This document shows, one piece after another, positions 17,138 to 23,905 of a stretch of 32,000 nt of DNA. A model generated the notes under the pieces. The model saw only the letters and a list, made by a program, of their open reading frames with translations, had not been told where the DNA came from and made no database searches. The DNA is from Cupriavidus necator (GTDB taxonomy: Bacteria; Pseudomonadota; Gammaproteobacteria; Burkholderiales; Burkholderiaceae), in assembly GCF_016127575.1 (NCBI RefSeq), contig NZ_CP066019.1, positions 1,380,001-1,412,000 on the forward strand. Reading direction: 5' to 3'. Every line of letters begins with the position of its first letter. The stretch's first letter is position 1. The position numbers were made by a program, and so were the translations under genes.

Positions 17138-17416
17138 TTAGGCCCCCTGCCCTGCCAGCAGCGCGGCGTTGAGGATGCCGGCAACCATGTCGGCGGCGGT
17201 GGTGTTGGCCGGCATGTTGGCCAACGCGGTTACGCCAGCGGCCTGCATGGCCTCGGTGGGCGCGGTCGGCGGCGAGAGCTGGGCGTCAGCCATGCCCAGG
17301 ACCATTTCGGCCTGGTGGTGGGCGGCGCCGTACGCCGTATCGCCAGTGTCGCGCACATGGGGCTTGAGGCTCTCCACGGCGGCCAGCAGCGCCTGCATTT
17401 CGGTCAGGATGGTCAT
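17138..17416 (-). CDS. hypothetical phage protein, 92 aa
   Basis: GC3 is high, and it has tight junctions with its neighbours. Confidence 0.6.
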   Translation of the reverse strand: MTILTEMQALLAAVESLKPHVRDTGDTAYGAAHHQAEMVLGMADAQLSPPTAPTEAMQAAGVTALANMPANTTAADMVAGILNAALLAGQGA

Positions 17417-17547
17417 TGCTTTTGCTCCCTCAGTTCATCCAGCGCCACGGCCATGTCCCGCAGCAGTTCCTTGACGGGGCGCGGCAGCACGCTCCCGAAA
17501 ACCAGCAGCGCCGCATCGGCGCGATCCTTGAAAGACCTCTCTTCCAC
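17413..17547 (-). CDS. hypothetical 44-aa protein (GTG start)
   Basis: Hand-translated as (M)EERSFKDRADAALLVFGSVLPRPVKELLRDMAVALDELREQKQ. SD GAGGGG lies 7 nt upstream. It has an ATGA overlap with the next gene. Confidence 0.4.
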   Translation of the reverse strand: MEERSFKDRADAALLVFGSVLPRPVKELLRDMAVALDELREQKQ

Positions 17548-17616
17548 TTCGTTTCCCCTCTACGTTGGCGCCTTTCGGCGCGAAATCCGTTTCCGTTACG
17601 CGTAACGAAAACCCAT

Positions 17617-18087
17617 TCAGTCCTTGTGCATCGGGAACGGCCACTCGCTCTCCGCATATCGCGACGCCGGCGACCCCAATTCCGTTACGGGTTTCGTCGT
17701 AACGGAATTGGCGAGCCCGCTGCGCGCGGCTTCGAGCTCGCCACGCAGTGATGCAATCACGGTGCCGGAGTCGATGGCGTTCTGCCGCCAGCGGCGCAGC
17801 GCGATCAGCTCGTCGTTGAGCTCGTCGATGGTTTCGTGCGCTTCGGCCAGCTCGGCCCGCACGGCGGCCAGCTCTTCCGCGAGCTCGTCCGCGTCGCCCT
17901 GGTGCATCAGGTCGGGCACGCCCGGCGCGGCGTACGTGGAAATGCCGTCCGCCTTGAGGCGCGCGCGGTATTTGGCCTGGCGCTCGGCATTGGTCATCGC
18001 GCCGGGCTTGCGCGGTCGCCCAGGCCGGCGCTTCGTTTCGACCTCGGGCAACAGCTCGCCCGTCACGTTGTCGGCGGCATCACGCAT
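17617..18087 (-). CDS. coiled-coil protein with a basic AT-hook-like segment, 156 aa
   Basis: The internal ATG at 18087 overlaps the initiator stop by 8 nt. It has the segment KRRPGRPRKPG followed by heptad-like AEELAAVRAELAEAHETIDELNDELIALRR. Confidence 0.6.
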   Translation of the reverse strand: MRDAADNVTGELLPEVETKRRPGRPRKPGAMTNAERQAKYRARLKADGISTYAAPGVPDLMHQGDADELAEELAAVRAELAEAHETIDELNDELIALRRWRQNAIDSGTVIASLRGELEAARSGLANSVTTKPVTELGSPASRYAESEWPFPMHKD

Positions 18088-19150
18088 GGCGTACCCCTTT
18101 CTGCGCTCTTGGCTTGACCAGGTCAGCGAGCCGGCCGGGCGGCTTGCCCGCGCGGCCCGCCGCGACCTCGGCGGCAAAGGCCGCTTCCCGCGCCGCGGCT
18201 TCGGCGGCGGCAGCCCTTGCGCCCTCGCGCTGGGCCCGGATGCGCTCGGCGTGTTCGGGCAGCCAGTCATCGCCCTGCGCCTTGTCGACCAGGCTGGCGA
18301 GGAACTTGAACGGGGAACGGATGCCTCCGGCCTCGATAGCGCCCCGCCATTCGTCTAAAACCGCTTGGGATAGGTCAGGGCCTATGGGCGACAGTTTTTT
18401 TGCAATGTCGGCCCTTCTGGCCTGCGCGATGCCGATCGGCCAGTGCAACCGATCCTCCCAGGCGAGGCCGCCCCCCTCTTTTGCAAGCCGGCGCGCAGCG
18501 CCCTCCCCCACCGCATCGGCCGGCCCGTGGCGTTCCTCTGAGGGCGCGAAGCCTTCGGGTTCGTGTGGGTGTTGGGGGTCCAGCTCGCCCTCCCGCGCCG
18601 AAGGCGTGGGGGGCTGTTGATACTCCCCCCGGCGGCGAAGCCGTTGGGGGGTAGGGGGGGAAGGGTTTAAGGTGTTACCGGTATCCGGATGTGTGTCGGC
18701 TTTCGCGTTTTCGGGTCTGTCGGCTTCTCTGTCGGCTTCTTCCCTGAAACCCGCGCCGTTATTGCCTTCTGAGGTGTCGGCTTGTCTGTCGGATTGACCT
18801 GTCGGCTTACTGTCGGCTTTTTTTCGGACGTTTTTATCCGTGTCGGCGAGCGGACAGAAAAAAACGAGCTGCTTGTCACGCGACCCGATGCGCACCAGGC
18901 CGTGTTTAACGAGCTGCAGCGCCATGCGGCGGATCGCCTCGATGCTGGGGATGGTGGCCTTCACGCCCGGCCTGGGCTCGATGTAGAGCCATTCCTTGAG
19001 CGCCTGCCAGGAGATACGCGGGGCCAGTCCTACGGCCCCGGTGCGGAAGTCCATGCGCGGACGAATCGCCATCACGTACATGCAGATGGCGGCGTAGTCC
19101 ATGCCGGACAGGGCCGACAATTCGGCCTCATTGAGTTTGAGCGCGGGCAT
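18080..19150 (-). CDS. replication initiator candidate (lambda O-like organisation: N-terminal winged-helix, repeat-encoded linker, C-terminal domain), 356 aa
   Basis: The N-terminal roughly 100 aa look wHTH-like (ISWQALKEWL...IRRMALQLVKHGLVRI). The central low-complexity part is encoded by an iteron array. There is no HUH/RCR motif. Confidence 0.55.
   Translation of the reverse strand: MPALKLNEAELSALSGMDYAAICMYVMAIRPRMDFRTGAVGLAPRISWQALKEWLYIEPRPGVKATIPSIEAIRRMALQLVKHGLVRIGSRDKQLVFFCPLADTDKNVRKKADSKPTGQSDRQADTSEGNNGAGFREEADREADRPENAKADTHPDTGNTLNPSPPTPQRLRRRGEYQQPPTPSAREGELDPQHPHEPEGFAPSEERHGPADAVGEGAARRLAKEGGGLAWEDRLHWPIGIAQARRADIAKKLSPIGPDLSQAVLDEWRGAIEAGGIRSPFKFLASLVDKAQGDDWLPEHAERIRAQREGARAAAAEAAAREAAFAAEVAAGRAGKPPGRLADLVKPRAQKGVRHA
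18694..18849. repeat. iteron array: 8 copies of TGTCGG(C/A)(T/G)(T/A) followed by A/T-rich tracts; candidate ori inside the initiator gene
   Basis: Copies start at 18694, 18718, 18730, 18775, 18787, 18800, 18811 and 18841. The tracts T7 (18818-18824), TTTTTA (18831-18836) and A7 (18858-18864) are adjacent. Confidence 0.65.
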
Positions 19151-19156
19151 TGATGG

Positions 19157-19249
19157 TCACAGCACCCAATGCACAATCGCGAAGACCACCATCACCAGCA
19201 CCATCAGCGCCCAGGCGATCACACCCGCGTCTGCTTTCTCTCGCGCCAT
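19157..19249 (-). CDS. 30-aa single-TM peptide
   Basis: Hand-translated as MAREKADAGVIAWALMVLVMVVFAIVHWVL. The ATG lies 2 nt after the upstream stop. Confidence 0.35.
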   Translation of the reverse strand: MAREKADAGVIAWALMVLVMVVFAIVHWVL

Positions 19250-19250
19250 G

Positions 19251-19571
19251 TCAGCAGCCCTCCGCCTTGTTGATGGCATTGCCGACCAGCACCAGCGCCT
19301 TGCCTACCTTCGGATCATCGGCGTGGCGGGCCAGCGCGACATACGCTGCATTGAGCGCCTCCAGCAGTTCCGGCGCGGTGGCCATCAGGCGCGCATTGGC
19401 TTCTGCCTCCGTTCCAGGACTTGCGCAGTACACCACTCCCACTTCCATCAGGAAGCGGTCGCCCCGCTGGCTCTCGGGATAGATATGGCAAATCGACTCA
19501 GCGCTCTTAACGTTCTGGTGGTTCCACGTTGCGAACCACGGACCCGGCGTATGGGAATTTTGTAACGACAT
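19251..19571 (-). CDS. Ead/Ea22-like early phage protein, 106 aa
   Basis: The motif GPW...EANARLMATAPELLEAL is common in the C-termini of small early phage proteins. SD GAGGGG upstream. Confidence 0.6.
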   Translation of the reverse strand: MSLQNSHTPGPWFATWNHQNVKSAESICHIYPESQRGDRFLMEVGVVYCASPGTEAEANARLMATAPELLEALNAAYVALARHADDPKVGKALVLVGNAINKAEGC

Positions 19572-19695
19572 GTGACCACCCCTCTATCCTCACCCTGCCA
19601 TTTGGAAGATCCCCATCGGGGAAGAGGCGCCGCCTGCCAGCGGATCAGGCCGGCCCTGGCGGGTGGGATTCCAGGCGGCGGCGCGTCTGGTGTGA

Positions 19696-19724
19696 ACTGT
19701 AGTCACCCTGGGATGACACGTCAA
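19696..19724 (-). promoter_or_regulatory. leftward early promoter candidate
   Basis: On the minus strand it reads TTGACG-17 nt-TACAGT. Confidence 0.5.
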
Positions 19725-19775
19725 GCATGGATGACGTCATCCTCCATTGCGCTTGACAGTCATCTCCCGATGACT
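19711..19775. promoter_or_regulatory. three operator-like sites sharing GATGAC/GTCATC half-sites
   Basis: O1 is GGATGACacGTCA (19711-19723). O2 is the perfect 14-bp palindrome GGATGACGTCATCC (19729-19742). O3 is AGTCATCtcccGATGACT (19758-19775). O1 overlaps the leftward promoter and O3 overlaps the rightward promoter. Confidence 0.6.
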
Positions 19776-19780
19776 ATCCT
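19753..19780 (+). promoter_or_regulatory. rightward promoter candidate for the repressor gene
   Basis: It reads TTGACA-16 nt-TATCCT, about 40 nt upstream of ATG 19820. Confidence 0.55.
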
Positions 19781-19819
19781 TCGTCCCGGGTGGAGTGCTT
19801 TTTTAAAGGGGTGAAAGTG

Positions 19820-20146
19820 ATGAAAACTACTCTTGAATACGTCGACGCGGTCAAGATCAGGCTTGACCTGCCGTCTGATTATGCGATTGCCAAGTCCCTC
19901 GGCGTGTCGCGTCAGGCCGTCAGCCAGTACCGCCAGGGCAAGGCTGCTTTTGATGACCTTACCGCCGTGCGCGTGGCGGAAATCCTTGGTCTGAATCCGA
20001 TGGAAGTGATCGCCGCTGCCAACCGTGAGCGGGCGAAAAGCGAGGATGCGCGGCGCGTGTGGACCGGCCTTTTCGACCGTTTCGCCGCAAATTTTGAGAC
20101 GCTCTGCGAGCACCTCCGGATAGCCCAGACCCCGCGTCTGGCCTAG
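19820..20146 (+). CDS. CI/Cro-type HTH repressor, 108 aa
   Basis: The HTH is YAIAKSLGVSRQAVSQYRQGK. SD AAAGGGG lies upstream of ATG 19820. It is divergent from the early operon. Confidence 0.8.
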   Translation: MKTTLEYVDAVKIRLDLPSDYAIAKSLGVSRQAVSQYRQGKAAFDDLTAVRVAEILGLNPMEVIAAANRERAKSEDARRVWTGLFDRFAANFETLCEHLRIAQTPRLA

Positions 20147-20161
20147 CCCGCAGAGCTTTTT
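20101..20161 (+). terminator. nested hairpins plus T-tract at the 3' end of the repressor gene
   Basis: The inner hairpin is CCAGAC-cccgc-GTCTGG (20125-20141). The outer pairing is GCTCTGCG (20101-20108) with CGCAGAGC (20149-20156), followed by TTTTT. The geometry is non-canonical. Confidence 0.35.
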
Positions 20162-20189
20162 CCGGATGGGACTAAGTGTTATGTTAAAT
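20162..20189 (+). other. dif-like site with a degenerate XerC-side arm (right junction of the element)
   Basis: The site is CCGGATGGGAC-TAAGTG-TTATGTTAAAT. The XerD arm matches E. coli dif 11/11. The central hexamer is identical to the left site. The XerC-position arm matches only 2/11. Confidence 0.65.
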
Positions 20190-20378
20190 CAAGAAGGTTG
20201 CGCCGCTGGCTGGAGCAAGCGCTGCGTGCAGTCAGTGCTCCAACGCAAAAGTGTGCACGAATTCGTCGGATTTAGCCCCGAAAGTGACTCTGTGATTTCT
20301 TTTGAGACCTCGTGCACATCATTGCGCAATAGGTCGACGCCTCTGCATTCCGTGCATGCCTTTCTGCCTCCAACGCAC

Positions 20379-20406
20379 TTGTATAACGTGCGAGAATCCC
20401 TATAAG
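20379..20406 (+). promoter_or_regulatory. sigma70-like promoter candidate upstream of the exonuclease gene
   Basis: It reads TTGTAT-16 nt-TATAAG. Confidence 0.4.
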
Positions 20407-20445
20407 CATGATTCCTGTAGACGTCCGGTGGGCTCCGATTCGAAG

Positions 20446-20964
20446 ATGCCTCGCCCGTCTAGACCTTCGATGCTGATATTCCTGGATACCGAGTTCACCA
20501 ATCTCACTAAGCGAAAATTGATCAGCATCGGGATGGTGTCGGAGGATGGCCAGCACGCTTTTTACCGAGAACTACGGGATTTCGATCTCGATAACTGCAG
20601 CCGTTTTGTACGAGCCAACGTTCTACCCCTGCTCGGGCGTTTCCAGGATGCGGCCGTCGATCGTGCAAAACTCACAGATGACCTCAGACAGTGGATCGAC
20701 ACCCTTCCCCGCAGCTTAACCATTGCCTGTGATAGTGACTGGGATTGGGAGATCCTTTGTGAGATCGTAGGAAATCCACTCCCGGCAAACATCTCCGGAC
20801 GATTTGATCTGCGTCCGCTCATTGACACGACCGTTTTCCACAAGGCCGTGTGTCGCTACCACGATGATTCTCATCAACCGTGGCACCACGCTTGGCATGA
20901 TGCGCATGCTCATCGTTTTGGTTGGCTGGCGTGGAACGATACGCGGAGACGCGCGAAGCTGTAA
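20446..20964 (+). CDS. DEDDh 3'-5' exonuclease, Rv2179c-like, 172 aa
   Basis: Exo I is FLDTEF, Exo II is ACDSDWDW and Exo III is HHAWHDAHA. Codon usage is low-GC. The ATG at 20446 (or 20470) is preferred over the tracked start at 20302. Confidence 0.75.
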   Translation: MPRPSRPSMLIFLDTEFTNLTKRKLISIGMVSEDGQHAFYRELRDFDLDNCSRFVRANVLPLLGRFQDAAVDRAKLTDDLRQWIDTLPRSLTIACDSDWDWEILCEIVGNPLPANISGRFDLRPLIDTTVFHKAVCRYHDDSHQPWHHAWHDAHAHRFGWLAWNDTRRRAKL

Positions 20965-21003
20965 AAAGTGGCCAACTCGCTATCAAGATCAAATGCTCAG
21001 TCC

Positions 21004-21441
21004 TCAGGTTCCGACGGCAGTGTCGCGCATCACCACAACGCCCGGATCGCAATGATCGTGGCCCGCCTGGTTGGCTTCCTCTTCCTTTTCAAATTCGGCG
21101 GCTTCCGCCAAGTTCGGCGTGTAGCCTACGTCACCATCCTTCGGGCAAACCTGGTAGCTGCGATCGAGTGGGCCCATGATCAGTGTTACCCACCTCGTCG
21201 TTAGCCCAAGGACTTTATCGATAAGTTGGGAAACCTGTTCCGTAGTGTCAACGACTGAACTGGGCTCTGTTGCAAAGATTCCCGGGCGAAAATCCTCCAG
21301 GAGCTCTTCCAGCATCTCGCGGATGTAATAGATCGCCCCGTCCCCTTCAGTCGATAACCCAGCCGCGGTCAGCAGTCCCCGGTAATTCATGAGCTGAACT
21401 AGGCGCTCAACTCGAATGCACCCTTCTTGGTATGAAATCAT
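21004..21441 (-). CDS. acidic hypothetical protein, 145 aa
   Basis: ATG at 21441 with SD GGGGAG upstream. Codon usage is low-GC. It is convergent with the exonuclease gene. No recognisable domain. Confidence 0.55.
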   Translation of the reverse strand: MISYQEGCIRVERLVQLMNYRGLLTAAGLSTEGDGAIYYIREMLEELLEDFRPGIFATEPSSVVDTTEQVSQLIDKVLGLTTRWVTLIMGPLDRSYQVCPKDGDVGYTPNLAEAAEFEKEEEANQAGHDHCDPGVVVMRDTAVGT

Positions 21442-22019
21442 TTGCTTTATCTCCCCAAGGGTGCCCTTTTCCGCTGTGTATATTCGTTGGCGCTGCACGC
21501 CGCTTGTCTACTCTAGCTTTCCCTCATCTTGCAAGGCTGCTATTTCGACAAGGTCAACTGCCCAGAAAAGTCGTTTGTGTACGCGCTCTATGATGCATTA
21601 AGGTTCTCACGCGATGAACTGAGACAGATGTTGATAGAGCTAGGATTGATATCCTCCGGCTCACGTTAGCTCCCACCATGAGTCAAAGGGACTGCGATTC
21701 CTGCTGACTCGAACTTTTGACTCCGCAGCCGTTACCCAGTTCGAAAGTTGGGTGGAGACCGAGACGTGCAAAGAAGGCTTGAGGATGGAGACTGCCCAAA
21801 TCCGTGATCGAATGGCGCCTCCCGGCCATGAGCGGCCAATGGCTTTCTACGATGCAACGGCCGAATCTGTACAGCTAACAGTCATCCACAAGATATGAGC
21901 GCACCAATAACCACCACGGCTGTCCCTCAATTGCCCAGCCTATCAAGACCATAAGAAGCTCATTTGACGGCACAATCAAGAGCTGAGATTTCGCCAGAGC
22001 GAACCAGTCGGTCGTCACG

Positions 22020-23795
22020 TTAAACCCTAAAGTAGGTCACCTCCACATCTCCAGCCGTCGCGGCGGCACACATAGCCGAAGACTGCGAAAGGACGTGCTC
22101 CGCGAAGAAAAGCGCCGTGGCGATCTTGGCGGCGTAGAAGTTCGGATCCTCGGCCGATTTTGCATCTGCAGCGAGCATCGCCCTGGCCAGTTGCCAGCCG
22201 GAAAATACGATGCCGCACAGCTTCAGGTACGGCACGCTGCCGGCAAAGACCGCGTTCGGATCAGCCTTGGCGTTGGCAACGACAAATTCCACCACGGCTT
22301 CCAGCGCGGCGCGGCCCCTGGCCAGCTGCGCCTGCACCGCGGTGAAGGCAGCGCCGCCGTGTTGGCCCAGCGCGGCTTCGGTTTCCACAATCTGCGCACA
22401 GATAGCGCGCGCGACGGCGCCGCCGTCGCGCACGGTCTTGCGGCCGACCAGGTCGTTGGCCTGGATCGCCGTAGTGCCCTCGTAGATCGGCAGGATGCGA
22501 GCGTCGCGGTAATGCTGCGCCGCGCCGGTTTCCTCGATAAAGCCCATGCCGCCGTGCACCTGCACGCCGAGGCTGGTGACATCGATCGACAGTTCGGTGC
22601 TCCAGCCCTTCACCACCGGCACCATGAACTCGTAGAACGCCTGGCTCTGCCCGCGCACGGCTTCGTCGGGATGCTGGTGCGCCGCGTCGCTGGCGGCCGC
22701 GGCCACGTAGGCCACCGCGCGCGCGCCTTCGGTCAGCGCGCGCATGGTCATCAGCATGCGCTTGACGTCAGGGTGGTGGATGATGGTCACCGCCTCGCGC
22801 GCCGAACCATCGACCGGGCGGCTCTGCACGCGCTCGCGCGCAAAGGCCACCGCCTGCTGGTAGGCGCGTTCGGATACGGCGATGCCCTGCATGCCGACCG
22901 AGAAGCGTGCCGAGTTCATCATGATGAACATGTACTCGAGGCCGCGGTTTTCTTCGCCGACCAGCGTGCCGATCGCGCCGCCATGGTCGCCGAACTGCAG
23001 CACCGCCGTGGGGCTGGCCTTGATGCCCAGCTTGTGTTCGATCGAGACGCAATGCACGTCGTTGCGCGCCCCGGTGCTGCCATCGTCATTGACCAGGAAC
23101 TTGGGCACGATGAACAGCGAGATGCCCTTCACGCCTTCAGGCGCGTTAGGAGTGCGGGCCAGCACGAGATGCACGATGTTCTGCGCCATGTCGTGCTCGC
23201 CGTAGGTGATAAAGATCTTGGTGCCGAACACCTTGTACGTGCCGTCGCCCTGCGGCTCGGCGCGGGTGCGCACCGCGGCCAGGTCCGAGCCCGCCTGCGG
23301 CTCGGTCAGGTTCATGGTGCCGGTCCACTCGCCCGAGATCAGCTTGGGCAGGAAGGTGGCCTTCTGGGCGTCGGAACCTGCCGTCAGCAGCGCCTCGATG
23401 GCGCCGTCGGTCAGCATAGGACAAAGCGCGAATGACAGGTTCGCCGAGTGCAGCATTTCGTGACAAGCAGTCGCGATCAACTTCGGCAGCCCTTGACCAC
23501 CGAACTGTTGCGAATGTTGAATTCCCTGCCATCCGCCTTGCGCGAATTGCTGGAAGGCCGGTTTGAACCCCGGCGTCGTGATCACCTCCTCTTCCTGCCA
23601 CCGGCTTGGCTCCAGATCACCGACTCGGTTTAGTGGTGCAACTACTTGCTCGCTAAACTTGGCAGCCTCCTCCAGGACAGAGTATGCGGTTTCCCGTGAA
23701 GCCTCCTCAAATCCAGGCAGTCTATTGATAGCCTCAAGACCGGCTAAGGTGTCCAAGACAAAAAACATTTCTTTAAGAGGAGCACGGTACGTCAT
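22020..23795 (-). CDS. long acyl-CoA dehydrogenase (about 590-aa FadE/AidB-like class), lvaC-like by context
   Basis: ACAD patterns are present: GEWTGTMNLTEPQAGSDL, KIFITYGEHD and EIYEGT-equivalent PIYEGTTAIQANDLV. There is a C-terminal extension. Confidence 0.9.
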   Translation of the reverse strand: MTYRAPLKEMFFVLDTLAGLEAINRLPGFEEASRETAYSVLEEAAKFSEQVVAPLNRVGDLEPSRWQEEEVITTPGFKPAFQQFAQGGWQGIQHSQQFGGQGLPKLIATACHEMLHSANLSFALCPMLTDGAIEALLTAGSDAQKATFLPKLISGEWTGTMNLTEPQAGSDLAAVRTRAEPQGDGTYKVFGTKIFITYGEHDMAQNIVHLVLARTPNAPEGVKGISLFIVPKFLVNDDGSTGARNDVHCVSIEHKLGIKASPTAVLQFGDHGGAIGTLVGEENRGLEYMFIMMNSARFSVGMQGIAVSERAYQQAVAFARERVQSRPVDGSAREAVTIIHHPDVKRMLMTMRALTEGARAVAYVAAAASDAAHQHPDEAVRGQSQAFYEFMVPVVKGWSTELSIDVTSLGVQVHGGMGFIEETGAAQHYRDARILPIYEGTTAIQANDLVGRKTVRDGGAVARAICAQIVETEAALGQHGGAAFTAVQAQLARGRAALEAVVEFVVANAKADPNAVFAGSVPYLKLCGIVFSGWQLARAMLAADAKSAEDPNFYAAKIATALFFAEHVLSQSSAMCAAATAGDVEVTYFRV

Positions 23796-23905
23796 TGGCT
23801 AGTGTCCCTAAATGAGCGAATTTGAGCGAAGTGCAAGAAGGCTGGGGGCTATTGCCTGGAACATGACCAAGACATAGCCAAGGAAGTGCGTCACCTATGT
23901 CCTCA

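Larger units (their letters stand above)
9142..20178 (-). mobile_element. ~11.0 kb integrated tailless-phage-like element (PM2/corticovirus-like virion module, lambda-O-like replication module, CI-like switch), bounded by dif-like sites
   Basis: An 18-nt direct repeat (1 mismatch) occurs at 9142-9159 and 20173-20190. There are about 28 tightly packed, mostly start/stop-overlapping minus-strand ORFs. They include a capsid-like protein, a P-loop ATPase, a GH104 lysozyme and many single-TM proteins. There is a divergent repressor. No tail, portal, terminase-large or integrase genes are present. Confidence 0.75.

Noticed and set aside
17430-17657. 75-aa and 69-aa minus-strand ORFs lie in the gap between the 156-aa and 92-aa genes.
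   Set aside because: They are Arg/Cys/Trp-rich and not protein-like. The alternative 44-aa GTG ORF in the third frame has an SD, a coupled ATGA junction and proper GC3, so I reported that one instead.
19572-19695. A possible Cro-like small ORF in the ~125-nt leader of the early operon.
   Set aside because: Only a 7-codon ORF is present on the minus strand, and there is no HTH-sized reading frame.
20166-20405. A 79-aa ORF on the plus strand crosses the right dif-like site, and a 94-aa ORF lies at 20272-20556(-).
   Set aside because: Neither has an SD or a domain signature. Their composition is atypical. They overlap the recombination site or the promoter and start of the exonuclease gene.
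8800-22020. I searched for an integrase, transposase, IS ends, tRNA/tmRNA attachment site or CRISPR array associated with the element.
   Set aside because: No ORF shows tyrosine/serine recombinase or DDE motifs. I recognised no tRNA-like cloverleaf at either junction. No repeat-spacer array is present.
20190-22020. A possible third dif-like site that would delimit the low-GC islet (for example around 21640-21650 and 21950-21975).
   Set aside because: The best candidates match only about 6-7 of 11 positions of one arm, with no partner arm at 6-bp spacing.
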